Source: Amoebidium appalachense
Taxonomy: Eukaryota > Protista > Ichthyosporea
Direction: 5' to 3'
NCBI GenBank assembly: GCA_963693365.1
Contig: CAVNZM010000008.1
Coordinates: forward strand, 558,001-622,000
DNA length: 64,000 nucleotides
Position numbers and translations under genes: made by a program. Below are positions 41,501 through 54,787 of this stretch, piece after piece. Each line of letters starts with the position of its first letter. Position 1 is the first letter of the stretch. The notes under the pieces are model-generated. The model made no database searches. It was given only the letters and a program-made list of their open reading frames with translations, and was not told the DNA's origin.

Positions 41501-42407
41501 CCATCGAGCCACCTACCATAAGCCATTGACGCACCAATGCATACACATGGACGATGGGAAAGGGAACAAAAGTGGGAACTCCTGTTTTTTCTTTTTTTTT
41601 TTTTTTTTCTTTTTTTTTGTGTGTGTGGGTGGGTGGGGGTGGGGGAGGGAGGGGGGGGAGGAGGGGGGTGGGGGGGGGGACTAGCAAACGGGCAAGAAAA
41701 AAACGTGTCTGCCTATCGCCTAAGTAGCCAATCATCATGTGCTGTTTCTAACCATGTATGGCAGGACCAAGAATGATGAGCAGGAGAAGGCCGGCTTCTC
41801 CATTGTGCGGCACACCGACAGCACCTACTTGGTGTGGCCCCTCTCTATGGCCGGTCTGGCTGCCTGCTGGAAGATGGCACACGACTCCCCCCTGCTCAGC
41901 GTCCCTAAGGTGCACACCCCCCCCCCCCCCCTCCCCCCCGGGGATCCCCTCCCTCCCGTCCAACCCTCTCCCCCCTTCCCTTCTTGTGTGGAAAAGTCTC
42001 AAAAACAATAAAGAAAAAGAGCATTGCACGTATTTCGGATGTGGCAAATGATACTCGTAAATGTTGCTATCCAGCATGCACATATCTTTTTGTGTGCGGT
42101 AACCTGCACATCACCACCGTATTTGGCATTTTAATGTGCTAGTGGTGATTGGTGCCCAGACTGAAACCAACAAAGCAACTAGCATTCCAAACATGCTGCT
42201 CTCTGAGCAAGTTGCTTTTCCATAATTGTCAACCCAATGTATAGTTAAACATAGTATTTTGCAATCACCCCATGATGATTCCTAGTCCTGAGCCACCGGC
42301 CCACTGCCCCATCATTTTTGTACAAATTTCTCGCCTCCCTTCCCTCTCATTTTAACACTGAAACTAACACCACCTTGAAACCCCCCCGCCCCCCCCCCCC
42401 CCCCCCC

Positions 42408-42440
<33 letters not shown>

Positions 42441-43453
42441 ACACACACACACATGCAGGGTGCCTGGATTGCCACGTGCATTGCCGCCGCCGCCGTATTT
42501 GCCTTTGTAGTGGGTGCCCTGTGTGCACGTGGTCTCCTTCATCCCCGCAAGGCAGCAAAAGACTGGGATGACCTAAACAAGGCCTCAGCCCTTGGTGCAC
42601 TGCCCCTCACCCTGTGTGTGTTTGCACTCATTCTCCAGTCAGAATCACGCGCATTTGCACGTGCTCTGTTCTGGGTGGGTGCCATCCTGCTCATGCTTCT
42701 GACTGTGGCGCTATGTACTGCCTGGGTGCGTAGGCCCATCTACCGGGGCACCATAGGGCCCATGTGGCTCCTAGTGCCTGTGGGCAATCTGCTGGTGGCT
42801 GCCGTGGCCCCCGTGGTGGATTCGGACTACACGGAGGTAAAAATAGACTCAGGCCCCCCTCTCTCCTCCCCCCCACCCCCCCCTCCTCCTCATCCACACA
42901 CACACAGATGCGCGCGCACACCTCCCTGCAAAGCAATAAGGTCAACCCATTCTCCCCCCCCCCCCCCATCCTCCACTCCCACCCACCCTTACTGCGCTGC
43001 GCCTGCCTCCACCCCCCCCCCCCCCCCCCCACGCTCACCAACAAAAAACAATGATAATGAAACGAAAATAAAAAAAAGGAAATGCAGTCAGGGTAAGAAG
43101 GGGGTGTGAGGGGGGGGGGGGGGGGAGACATTCGGAAGAGAAAATGATAGAGAGAACCATATTTGGCCAGAGAAAAAAACAAAAGCAAATACCATAATAC
43201 TGACTCTTTTTGCACGTGCAGGCCGGCTACCTGTGGCTGGGCATGGGTGGTGCACTGTGGCTTGTGCTGTGGCCAATGACCTTCCAGAGGGTCATGTTTG
43301 GTGCGCCCCTGCAAGAAACCATGAGACCTGGTCTGTTCATCTGGGTGGCTTGCCCACCCATGCTGGCTGTGGCATGGTCGGCACTCAATGGATTCGATGC
43401 GTATGTATCCCCCTAGTTGTTTGATGATGTGGGCATGGGAGAAAAGATAGGGT

Positions 43454-43515
<62 letters not shown>

Positions 43516-45758
43516 GCAGCTATGTGTGAAAGTGTGTGTGTGTGTGTGCTATGCAGTTGTGTGTGTGTGTGTTTGTGTGTCTGTGTGCGCGCACATGTGT
43601 GTTCGTGTGTGTTATGTAGTTGTACATGTGCGCACGTGGGGGTGTATATTGGGCTGCTCACGTGCTTACCCAGAAAGGAAGATTCACCATAAATTGTTTG
43701 CATCAAGCCACAACCCACATACTCACACCCCTACCCCCCCAGGCTAGCCCTTGTGTGCACACAACTAGGCCTCGGCCTTCTACTCTTCATGATGGGCCTG
43801 TTTGCCACAGGCTATCTGGGCCGCAATAGGTTCGACGTAGGCTACTGGGCATATGCATTCCCCCTGCAGGTTCAGACAATGGCATTGCTGCTGTGGTACC
43901 AGGCTAGGCCCACAGACGGCTCAGAGGTACATGTTGCACACTTGCCCCCCCCCCCCCCCCCCCCCCCCCCTCCCCCCCCTCCCCCCACCTACCTGTGGGT
44001 GACTGGAGCCCCTTACCGACAACTTGCTATGCATATGCTGTGTGTGCTTTTCAACCTGTATATTGTTGTCCTTCTTGAACATATAGTTCGTCTGCACAGC
44101 AAATGGATGCCTATTCTAGTGATGCTTAGAGGAGCTATCACACGTTCACTTAGCACGCATTGCGCATATCCCCTCCCCCCCCCCCCCCCTTCTCCTTCCC
44201 CCCCCCCCCCCTCCCCCTTCTCCCTTCCCCCCCCCCCTCCTCCCCCCCCCCCTCGGTGCATTCTCCCTTCCCTTTACACGTAAGCTCACCTTCTCCCTTC
44301 ACCCTATATTCGTACTTTACCCTTTTCCTCCCTTTCAGCTCCCCCCACCCCCCACCCCCCCCCAAAAGCCCCCCCTCCCCCCCGCGGCCCCCCAGCTTAC
44401 ACTCTGTCCCATCTACAGCATCGTAACCCAGATCCACCTCTTCCCTCCCCCTTCACCTCCCCCAATGTACTCTTTGTCCCATCTATGATATGTGCCGCAT
44501 GCTAACCTCCCCTTCCCCCCCCCCCCCCCCCCCCAAAAGAAAAAAAAATAAAAAAATCCGCACACACAAACACACACACACATACACACAGTTCTTTGCC
44601 AAGGCCGGGCTAGCCATAGTGAGCTACAGCACATCCATCCTTCTAGCAAACACCATTGCCTCCATCAGTGGCCGCATGGGTCTCTTTGTGGCTCCTGCGG
44701 CCGCTGGGCCTGGCATGCTGGGCAAGCTGTCCCACTATGCATTCCGAGGCGCACTCTCAAAGATGCAGACCCTCGCTAAGCGCCTACATAGCCCTGCGGC
44801 ACTGCGTGAGCTAGCAACACTAGTTGCTGAGTTTGGTGTTGCACATCACGAACACATGGTGTATGAAGACACGGTTATGTTTCCCCAGCTAGATGCATTC
44901 TTCCCTGGTGTTAGTCGCATGGCAGGGCAGCAACACGAAGGTAACGTCGGAGACCTGACTGCCCTGTGTGATTTGATGCAGACTTTAGCCCCGGCCACAT
45001 ACAATGCCGTTACACAGCGTGTGCAAGGGGGTAGGTGTGTGGCACCAACAGACACAGACCCTATCCCCAGTGCACGGGATGCAGGGCGGGTAGTGGAATT
45101 AATGGATGTAGTTGGTCGTGAGGCAACAGAGCATATGGATTGGGAGGAAGCCCACCTCGGCCCACTTTTGCGCAAATACCTTAACACAAAGATGCACAAG
45201 ACCCTGGCAAGGAAGATGTGGGAGGGCACGGAGCCAAACAAGTGGAGGGTGATACTGCCATTCCTCGTCAACAACCAGGTGCTACACTTCAGACGTGTGC
45301 AGTTGCTCAAGGTGTGTGCGTGCGTGTGGGTGTGTGTGTGAGGGGGGAGGGGGGGGGGAGGGGAAGGAGCAGTGTTGGCTATGCTGGTGGGCTGCTCAGT
45401 TGTGGTTATTAGTAAGTGCTAACACCCAGAGTACCTGGTTTTAAGGTGGTGAATAAAGTCCCGGGGAGCTTGGTGGGTGGGGGTGGGGGGAGGAGGGGGG
45501 GCTGGTGTGCATGTGCCGGGGGGGAGAATGAAGGGGGGAGGGGGGGGGGGGGGGGGTGATTTGGGCTATGGGGGAGGGTGTGCCGATCAAAATTCTATTT
45601 TTTATTTTCAGGCGTGGATTGCCGCCATGCCTGAGCGGGCGCATCTGGTTGGCCAGATGGTCTACGAGGGTGTAGACGCCTTCCTGTGGACCCGATTGAT
45701 TGCTGAGCTGCCTGAGCTGGCCCCCCGCCACGCCCGCCACCACCACCACTACGCCTAG
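38595..45758 (+). CDS. Five-domain fusion (~1051 aa): SelW/SelT-like Rdx + glutaredoxin + DUF4395 + SLAC1/TehA (TDT) channel + hemerythrin
   Basis: Eleven GT-AG exons join in phase without stops: 38595-38629, 38888-39046, 39492-39753, 40160-40402, 40757-41460, 41765-41909, 42459-42836, 43222-43400, 43743-43926, 44592-45311 and 45612-45758. Motifs: IEYCSSCGY..GSFEV..LHSKL (Rdx); VFSKTTCPHC..TVPNVFIGGKSVGG (Grx); PRQFAQ..NFCLGC (DUF4395); WLLVPVGNL..RPGLFI..YWAYAFP (TDT); H..HMVYED..H..HMDWEE (hemerythrin). Confidence 0.88.
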
Positions 45759-47267
45759 ATATGGAAGATGCCTAAATATGGAAATATGATGGTTCCTCGA
45801 TACCCGCCACCACCACCACCACGACTAAATATGGCAGTTGTCTAGATATGGAAATGTGGCAGTGCCTCGCGGGTGCCTTTTCATTGTTTTCACCAATAAG
45901 AGCGTGCTTTTGTATAGGCCAATACGGGCAGTAGTGTAAATCAGCAATAGAACAAAAAAGGTAGGAATATATCCAGAGTGCTGTAGGTACTGTGTGCACA
46001 TATAGAGTGTAGATCTGCCGTAAGTACCTATGAGCACTGCGGCTAGTGCCTGGACGGCCAATATCGACCTAATGCATATCTGTGTGCACCAATTTCTAAT
46101 TGGTGTTGCTATCAGTTGTTAATAGATCACGTTCAATAAAGAAAGGCAAGCCACACCCAGCGGCCTCCGTTTTTCTTTCCCCAAAATGTTTTTGTTACTT
46201 GCCCTTTGACAGGTCCAGTGTTCTTCTGTATGCATCCTCTTTTTTCTCTTCTTAGGTGGTGGTGGGGACAGGGGAAGGCAGTATTCATTCCCTTTTCCAG
46301 TCGTGCACTGCATCACGTTTATGAGCCGCGTGCACGTGACCGTGACCCCCCCCCCCCCCCCCCCAACGCCTCCCCTCCCCCCCCAACACACACACACCAA
46401 CCTCCTTTCCTCTCTGGACATGCACTGTTCAAGTATGTCACACTGTGCGTCTCCCCCTGCATTTTCTGGATCACACCCCGCATGTGAGCTTTGTGTGTAC
46501 GTCGTGCCATGGCCGTGAAACACTCTTTCCCCTCCTCTTCCCCAACCCCCCCCCCCCTCCCCTCGCACCCCCCCGGGCACACACAGTCACGTGCACGCGC
46601 GCACACACACACCGTGACACACACGCGCACGCACACACACGCACGCATGCTTGCACGCACACACACACCGACCCACCCGTCCACCCGCCCGCCCACACAC
46701 CCGCCCACACACACACCAACGCACACACGGACACACACCTCTCCCCCTCCCCCCAACCTTCCCTCCCTCCCCCCCCCCCCCCCCCCACCCACCCACCCAC
46801 CCACCCACCTCCCCCTCCCCAACACTCCCCCCCCCCCCGGGCCCCCCCACCCCCCACCCCCCCCCCCCCCCCCCCCCCCCAACCCCCACCCCATCCCCCA
46901 AAACACACACACACACACACACAGATGCAAACAGCAGACACACAACCATATCCCTCAACCCATCCATAAAACCACACACACACCCTTCCACTTTAGCCCT
47001 TGTGACTCCCCCATCCAAACAATTTCTCCTTCCCCCACCTCTCCCCCCCCCCAACTCCCGCCCCCACCTCCCCATTCACCCACCCATCAAAACCGTTAGA
47101 GCTCAATCGTCCACCCCCCCACACCCCACTCCCCCCCCCTCCCCCCCCCCCTTCCCCCACTCCATTTCCGCCCCGAGCCCCATCTATCCAAGCCGTCTCA
47201 CCTCACCCAACCACCCATTCACCCATCCACCTAACATCAAAAAGTCTACCCCCCCCCCCCCCCCGCC

Positions 47268-47820
47268 TTCCCTCCCCTCCACCCCTCCACCCACTCCTCT
47301 CACCCCCTCCTCCTCCCCCCCCCCCTCTTCCCCTCCCTCCCCTCCACCCCTCCACCCACTCCTCTCACCCCCTCCTCCCCTCCCCCCCCCCCCTCTTCCC
47401 CTCCCTCCCCTCCACCCCTCCACCCACTCCTCTCACCCCCTCCTCCCTCCCCCCCCCTCTTCCCCTCCCTCCCCTCCACCCCTCCACCCACTCCTCTCAC
47501 CCCCTCCTCCTCCCCCCCCCCCTCTTCCCCTCCCTCCCCTCCACCCCTCCACCCACTCCTCTCACCCCCTCCTCCTCCCCCCCCCCTCTTCCCCTCCCTC
47601 CCCTCCACCCCTCCACCCACTCCTCTCACCCCCTCCTCCTCCCCCCCCCCCTCTTCCCCTCCCTCCCCTCCACCCCCTCCACCCACTCCTCTCACCCCCT
47701 CCCCTCCCCCCCCCCCCCTCTTCCCCCTCCCTCCCCTCCACCCCTCCACCCACTCCTCTCACCCCCTCCTCCTCCCCCCCCCCCTCTTCCCCTCCCTCCC
47801 CTCCACCCCTCCACCCACCC
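47268..47820. repeat. C-rich degenerate minisatellite (~60-bp unit)
   Basis: Repeated ccctccacccctccacccactcctctcacccc...ctcttcccctccct units. Confidence 0.8.
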
Positions 47821-48656
47821 CTACTACACACTCACCCCCGTACACACACACACTCGTCCACCCACTCATGACCACCCAACTACCCACATACCCTAACATC
47901 CATCCACCCACCCATCCACCTCCCCTAACACCCACCCGCTCCCCCTCCACCCTCCCCCCCTCCCCCCCCCCCCCCAACACACACACCCACCCACTCACCC
48001 ACCCACGCACACACCCTTAGACCTACCCTATAGCACCCACCCACAGGTTAACACACCCACCCACACACCCACCCATTTAAAGAGTTCTCCCTCCTCAACC
48101 CACCTACCCACCCATTCATGCACCTGGTCTATCCACCCACCCAGCCCAGCCAACCATCCAAACACCCACAGACCGATCCTCCTCCTCCCCCCCCCCCACA
48201 ACCCCCATCCCCCCCCCTCCGCGCACCCCTCCACCAACCCAACCAAACCGTGTCACCTCACTCACCCGGCCGTGACACTTGCGCATTCACTGCTGACCCG
48301 CTCGCTTACTCCAAACTCACTATCCCTATTCCCCCTATCCCCCCTTCTCCCCCCCTCCCCCCTCCCCCCTCCCCCCTCCCCCCCCCCCCCCCCAACACAC
48401 ACGCATACATGCAAGCACCGTTCCACCCTGATCATTGCAATGAAGCATTTTGCAGGGGATTGGAAAAGGTTTCAATCGATGGGGTACGAGGTGTGTAGGT
48501 GGTGGGTTAGGGAACATGGGTGAAGGGGAGGGGAGAGAGAACGGGGAAAAAGAGAACCAATGGGGGCGGGAGGGGGGGGGGAGAAGGAGGCTCGGAAATG
48601 GTGTGTGTGCTTGTGGGTGAGCGGGTGGGTGGAGAGTTCAGCGGGTGGGATGGGGT

Positions 48657-48704
<48 letters not shown>

Positions 48705-49332
48705 GGGGGGAGGGGGGGGGGGGGGGGAGGGGGGGGGGGGGGGGGGGGGGCGGCGCGAGGGCGGGGGGAGAGTGGGGGTTGGGATGGAGGTGGGGGTGGG
48801 GGGAGGGGGTGAGCACCCCACAAGGTAGTGCTTAGGAAAGTGACACGAACCATTTACTGTTAAATGCCATTATGTAAGCATACAAATGTAATATAACCTT
48901 ACAATTTCACATATCGATATCATACACACAGCTAAGATATGCTTTGACATACTGAACATATCTGCCGTTAATTCCTGTCACACCACACCTGACCGATAGT
49001 ACAACAAGCCCGAGCAGTTGCCATGGCACCAGCACACTGCAATTATGTAATCGGGCTGCCTACCAAGAGGTAATTTTAGAAATAAAAATAAAAGTACTAC
49101 TGGGGGAACAGCACTTTGCGCTATTATTAAGCCCCAAAGTACCTAATATGTATACGTTAGTTGATTGATGTTGGTAGCAAAGCCTGTTATCATATCAGCA
49201 CCGTTAACGTGAAATCAATCGAGCATCAGAATGGGCCGTTTTGTAGGCCAGTATTTCATTAAATTTTAAGCATATAACCCTTATTTATAGGCCCCTATTT
49301 AATGAACCTTTACCTTAATCTTATCCCTGAAG

Positions 49333-51042
49333 TTATTCATTGGCTAGTACGGTTTGTGGGAAAAAGAACCCAGCCTGTCTTGCCTCCCTCATCCAATCAT
49401 TGTCCAGTGTGCATAGTGTCTCAATATAATCGTGCCCATTTTGGGCCAACCCCAGTCTTTGACCAATAAAATTACGTGGTTCAAAACCCCCCTTTTCAAT
49501 TTTCAATACGAAATCCGCTAAATCGCGCGCAATCGTTTCCACACTGCCGCCCATGCCGCATTGTGTGCACACATATGGAATGTCGGTGGGTTGTTGGGGA
49601 TGAGGCAGGGCCCGGCCCACGTCCGTCGGGAGGGTTCCGTTGCCCGTAGCAACCACCAATAGGGGCACGTCTAGCGCCATCGCATGATCTATAGCCAATC
49701 CCTGCGTCTCGCCATGTGCAAGAAGTATCATGCCACGTGACCGGCGTAGTTCCCGGTAGTATTCCGCCTGGGAATAACTCCCATACACCATCTTCACATA
49801 TTCCAGCCCCAACCCACCTAGTGCACGCTCCACCGCACTCACGTCACCATCCGAGCGAGTTTTTACATACAGTGTGTATATGTTTCGTGCCCGGTGTGAC
49901 TTCTGGGCCGTAGGAATGAGCTCAAAATCTCTGCTCGCATCAACGGCTGTGGGCAAAACAAGATAGTTGCTGAATAGGCCCCAATGATCCTGACCCCATG
50001 TGGATATACATTTTACCTGCTGTTGGATATTCGTGATATTCCTGTGGCACCGTAGATAGTCCGATGATGCCATGAAATTTATCGGTTGCATGTGCAAATT
50101 CGTACCTAGGACAGCCGCGTTAGTGGCCCGTGGGTGGGATTTATGAATGGGATAACCGTCTTTGTGTAGGACTACCTCCCCGTCTGCAGCCCAATTTTCG
50201 ACTGATTTTCGAAGTGCGATTATGTCCACCGTAGGTCCTATGATTATGCGCGTGGTGGTATTGAACGGCCTTAGCCCCAGTGCGGCCGCAGTCATAATTT
50301 GCGCCGCCAGCTCATTGGAATTAAACCCACCAATCACAACGTGCACCACGTCATACTTCCACCACTCAGGGTCGTTGAATGCAAACGGGTAGCCAATCCG
50401 CCGCATCTGGCTAATCAGCGTATTCAACACCACTGCAGGGCCCCCATGACCGCCTACTTCCTCTGGAGGAAACACCAAATTTACGCTCATGTTTCCAGGC
50501 AGACATCTGGTGGGCAGGCCGGTGTATGTGTCTTTGGCGGTTTGCAGGTCGTATTGGAATGTTTGGTAACCCGGCCCGGCGTGTTCAAAGGACGTGCGGA
50601 ATGGGTCTGTGGGTGATTCGGTTGGCACACAAAAACGAACAGTGTCGATTGCATAGTGGGCCACGTGTTCCATAAATGCCCAGTGGCCTCTGTCTCGCCA
50701 ATCGTTCATCCTCGTGCGGTTATCGTTCGCTAGACATTGAAAATCTTGCGGCGGAGGTTGGGCAGCAAAACTGAAACGGGTAGAATTTGAAAAACTGGCG
50801 GTAGGTGTTGGTGTCTGGTGCGTGTATGTGGGAAAGGTAGTGTATGTGTCTGTGCTGGGGGATTTCGTTCCTGTCTGGTTCAATGAAGCATCCCAGATTC
50901 CACTCTCCCACACAAACGTCTGTAGTGGGCGATGAGTCCCGTGCAAGGCTGAAAAAAGGAGAAAAGAGCTGAGGGCAAATGAAAAGCCCACAGCCCACCG
51001 TGGGCAGGCGGCCTGAAGACACTTGGCTGTACGGTGAGGCAT
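49333..51042 (-). CDS. Intronless putative GT-B (GT4-like) glycosyltransferase, type II membrane protein, 569 aa
   Basis: Long ORF free of microsatellites, with an N-terminal hydrophobic anchor (WAVGFSFALSSFLLFSAL), a Thr/Pro-rich stem, GGHGGPAVV, and YGSY...ETQGLAIDHAMALDVPLLV, resembling the GT4 E-x7-E region. Confidence 0.72.
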   Translation of the reverse strand: MPHRTAKCLQAACPRWAVGFSFALSSFLLFSALHGTHRPLQTFVWESGIWDASLNQTGTKSPSTDTYTTFPTYTHQTPTPTASFSNSTRFSFAAQPPPQDFQCLANDNRTRMNDWRDRGHWAFMEHVAHYAIDTVRFCVPTESPTDPFRTSFEHAGPGYQTFQYDLQTAKDTYTGLPTRCLPGNMSVNLVFPPEEVGGHGGPAVVLNTLISQMRRIGYPFAFNDPEWWKYDVVHVVIGGFNSNELAAQIMTAAALGLRPFNTTTRIIIGPTVDIIALRKSVENWAADGEVVLHKDGYPIHKSHPRATNAAVLGTNLHMQPINFMASSDYLRCHRNITNIQQQVKCISTWGQDHWGLFSNYLVLPTAVDASRDFELIPTAQKSHRARNIYTLYVKTRSDGDVSAVERALGGLGLEYVKMVYGSYSQAEYYRELRRSRGMILLAHGETQGLAIDHAMALDVPLLVVATGNGTLPTDVGRALPHPQQPTDIPYVCTQCGMGGSVETIARDLADFVLKIEKGGFEPRNFIGQRLGLAQNGHDYIETLCTLDNDWMREARQAGFFFPQTVLANE

Positions 51043-52200
51043 AATTCTTTAATTAATGAAAACGGCCTGCTTCATGACATAGGCTATGGAACATGTGCTT
51101 TTTGGGAAATGGTGCACATTGAATACAATAACTCAGCTACACGAATTTGGCAGCGGTTCGACACCGTGACGCCTAGCCATCGGTGCATGCACACCGTGTG
51201 GTCCGGTCACATTTGCATAAGCGAATGACCTAAGGTGGAAATTGTGTCCCCAAAATCCTGATACTATAGTAGCGCCACATACAACCTGGCAGGCATGTGT
51301 CGTGCGTGTGTTCCATTAGACTGTTGCTCGTTTAAATATTCCATAGTTTTGTCAACAAGCTACCCCTGCTAGCTGCATATGCTGCAGGTATCCAGCTGAC
51401 AAATAGCCTGCATATGTATGACTAGGCACAAGCTGTACTGCTATGAAACAAAGGTGAATCTATAAGTGCTGCGATAGCAGACACAACAACCTTTGAATTT
51501 ACATTACAACTCCATAGTCCACATACCTAATGAAGAATACACCGTTGCCGTAGGCTACTCTCATTATATGGGGTCGGGAATCTGGGGGGTCCATGGCCGC
51601 GTAATTGCTGATCAATAGACTCTTGAATTTGAGCCGAGCTGCTAGGGCTGCTCAGCATGCATGTTAATGATATCGGCTCAATGTAAGTAGTACAGAGATG
51701 CTAGACGTGCCTGTGCTTTATAACTAGAGATTGTAAATATAAAATGATAATAAAATCTATGTTGTACATTTTGAGTATCTCAAACGCTTGTCTTTTCGAC
51801 AGACACTGACACTAAACGTTTCGCGAGTTTGCGAGCTCGCAATGCTCGCATATTGATAATAGCTAAATTTTGGGGGTACCATGAATGAATCTAGCCAAAT
51901 CTTGCCAACATGTGATTGGCGGATCTACATATTGACAGCACGCCAATCACAGGCCAATCAGCTAACGAAGCAATTTGATTGGGTTGACAATGGCCTATGA
52001 GAAGTGCGGGAGGCAAGACCATTTCTTGCTACCGTCGTGGCTCCCCGAGACTCATGGACATGAAATCAGAGGCAAGTACGGAAGTTTATTATTTTGAAAA
52101 TAAAATAAATACTCTAAAAGAATATTATGAATAACTCTTGATGGACATCTAACGAACCATGAAAACTATGGTGTGTGTACGTGCATGTAAGTGCACGTAC

Positions 52201-52264
<64 letters not shown>

Positions 52265-53049
52265 CTACCCTAAAGAAGGAAACAGTGTCCCTAACGCGCA
52301 GCCAAGGACACCCCTTCATCTTAAAAAAGGACAGCTAGCTAAGGCAACTAGTTTGTGCGCTTTTACACTAGCACCACCAAACTTAATTCAACCAACTAAC
52401 TCTACAAATACCTTTTACCTCTGATGCCAGACACTCACACAAACGCTAAAACGACAACCAAAGACTGAAATCCAAACGACATGTACTCCTTTTTATACCC
52501 GTTCCCACGATGCATTTGGAATTTGAAGCTGAAGAAACCAATCAAATGCTTTAAAATCTGACCAAATCAGAACATGCAATCAAAACCGAACTACTCTAAC
52601 TATATATGGAAACCAGCAATCCAACACAACTAATGCATGACAAATAACCAATCACCTCACCGCAATGCCACTCGGTGGATCTTCGTCTCTCACCGCTGCC
52701 TCCTCCCGCTTGAAAACCACAGTGCGGGCTAGATCGGAATGCACATACGCCCGCCGCCCCGCAGCAAAAAGCTCAACAAAGAACATCCAGAACGAGTACT
52801 GAAATACGTACTGAAACAGTTTGTTCCAAGCCAAACTGTAGGTAATCCCACTATTCAGTAAGTTGAGCAGTCAAAAGGGATTCACTTTTCATGCAAAAGT
52901 TAGACATCTCGTATCAAATTTTATACCATACACACGCATGAATGCATGTATGCCCGGCTTGCCCACGCGCAAATCAAGCAACGCCCCCTTCCCCACCTCC
53001 CTGGTGTCCCCTCTAGCTGCTACCTAGGCTTCCCCCTTAAAAGCCAAAG

Positions 53050-53083
<34 letters not shown>

Positions 53084-53470
53084 TGTGAAAGGGCTTGCTC
53101 AGCTTTAATTTTTCAAGCTGTAGAGGTGCACACAACTCAGCCTCCACGTCTTCAAGTTGCATGGCCCACACGTTTCCGTCATTGAGCTACATAAACAAAC
53201 ATTCATATGGCCACACAAAATACACACGCAGACACTGCTGCACACTTGGTCACACGCACACACATCGCAAAGTTTATGTATGCGCACACTCGTCAACGCA
53301 CATCGATATCTCTAGAGCTGCATCGCACAACTCATGCATTCGTAGCACAGCTGGACAGACAATAGATGTACGTACGCCTGCACGCACGCACCAAATGGAC
53401 ATAAACATGGTAATACACAAACAGAAGCAAACTCTCAGACATCCACGCATACACATACACACAAACACAG

Positions 53471-53567
<97 letters not shown>

Positions 53568-54075
53568 ACACGCACACACACACACACACACATGCGCGCG
53601 CGCGCGCACATGTACATGTACACACACACAAAACACGTTGATTTAAGCACATAATCTAACAGTGTCGTACATTTTCCCACGAACATGTACATCGACACAC
53701 ACAAACTCCGTTCTACACCCACACATCTCGCCACATCTCACATACCCACGTGCACACACACACACACATGTAATACCACACATGCACTTACAGACACACC
53801 AGTGTACAAAAAGGCACAACGTGCACATATCTGTGTACGTACTCCCCCTGGCATACACAGGCCATTTTGATACATAAATCAACCCGGGGACAGTCACACA
53901 CACACACATGAACACATGCAGCACACACACAAGCAGCACGCACGCACGCACGCACGCACGCACGCGCGCACGCACGCACGCACGCACGCACGCACACACG
54001 CACGCACGCACACACGCACGCACACACGCATGCACACACGGGCACACACACACACAGACACACGTGACACACGTG

Positions 54076-54142
<67 letters not shown>

Positions 54143-54385
54143 CACGAAGCCGCGAAACAGGATAGTGGTTTGAAGCATGGGCCACAAGGAGAGAAAAAGT
54201 GAACATAATAATGTGATTGAAGGTCTGTTGTACCCAACATCTTGTTATTATTCCAAGCGAAACTTCTATACCCAGTGCTACATATATATTCCAAGATTGA
54301 AAATTGTGTTCATTAAAAGGATAATCCTTATCGTTGTTTGTGGCGCTACTCACAATGTCTTCTCCCTCTTTCTCTCTCTCCGGCT

Positions 54386-54440
<55 letters not shown>

Positions 54441-54462
54441 TCTCTCTCTCTCTCTCTCTCTT

Positions 54463-54495
<33 letters not shown>

Positions 54496-54754
54496 ACCCT
54501 TTCCCTCCATCCCTCCCCCGCCCCTCACTCTCTCGCTCTCTCGTTCTCTCTCTCTCTTTCTCGTGACTCCCCACCCCCCTTCCCCCCCTCCATCTCCCCC
54601 TTCCCTCCCCTCCCTCCCCTCCCACCCCCCTCTCTCTTTCTCTCTCTCGTTCTCTTTCTCTCTCCTATATCTCTCTTTCATCCCCCTTTCTTCTCTCCAT
54701 TTCTCCCCCTCCCCCCGCCCCCCTCTCCCCTCCCCCCCCCTTTCTCTTTCTCTT

Positions 54755-54787
<33 letters not shown>

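Noticed and set aside
45759-46150. SECIS element for the SelW-like domain
   Set aside because: The redox motif is Cys-encoded (TGC), there is no in-frame TGA, and I saw no convincing SECIS.
46651-47871. 406-aa extensin-like Pro-rich ORF
   Set aside because: It is a C-rich minisatellite lacking stops by composition, with no signal peptide.
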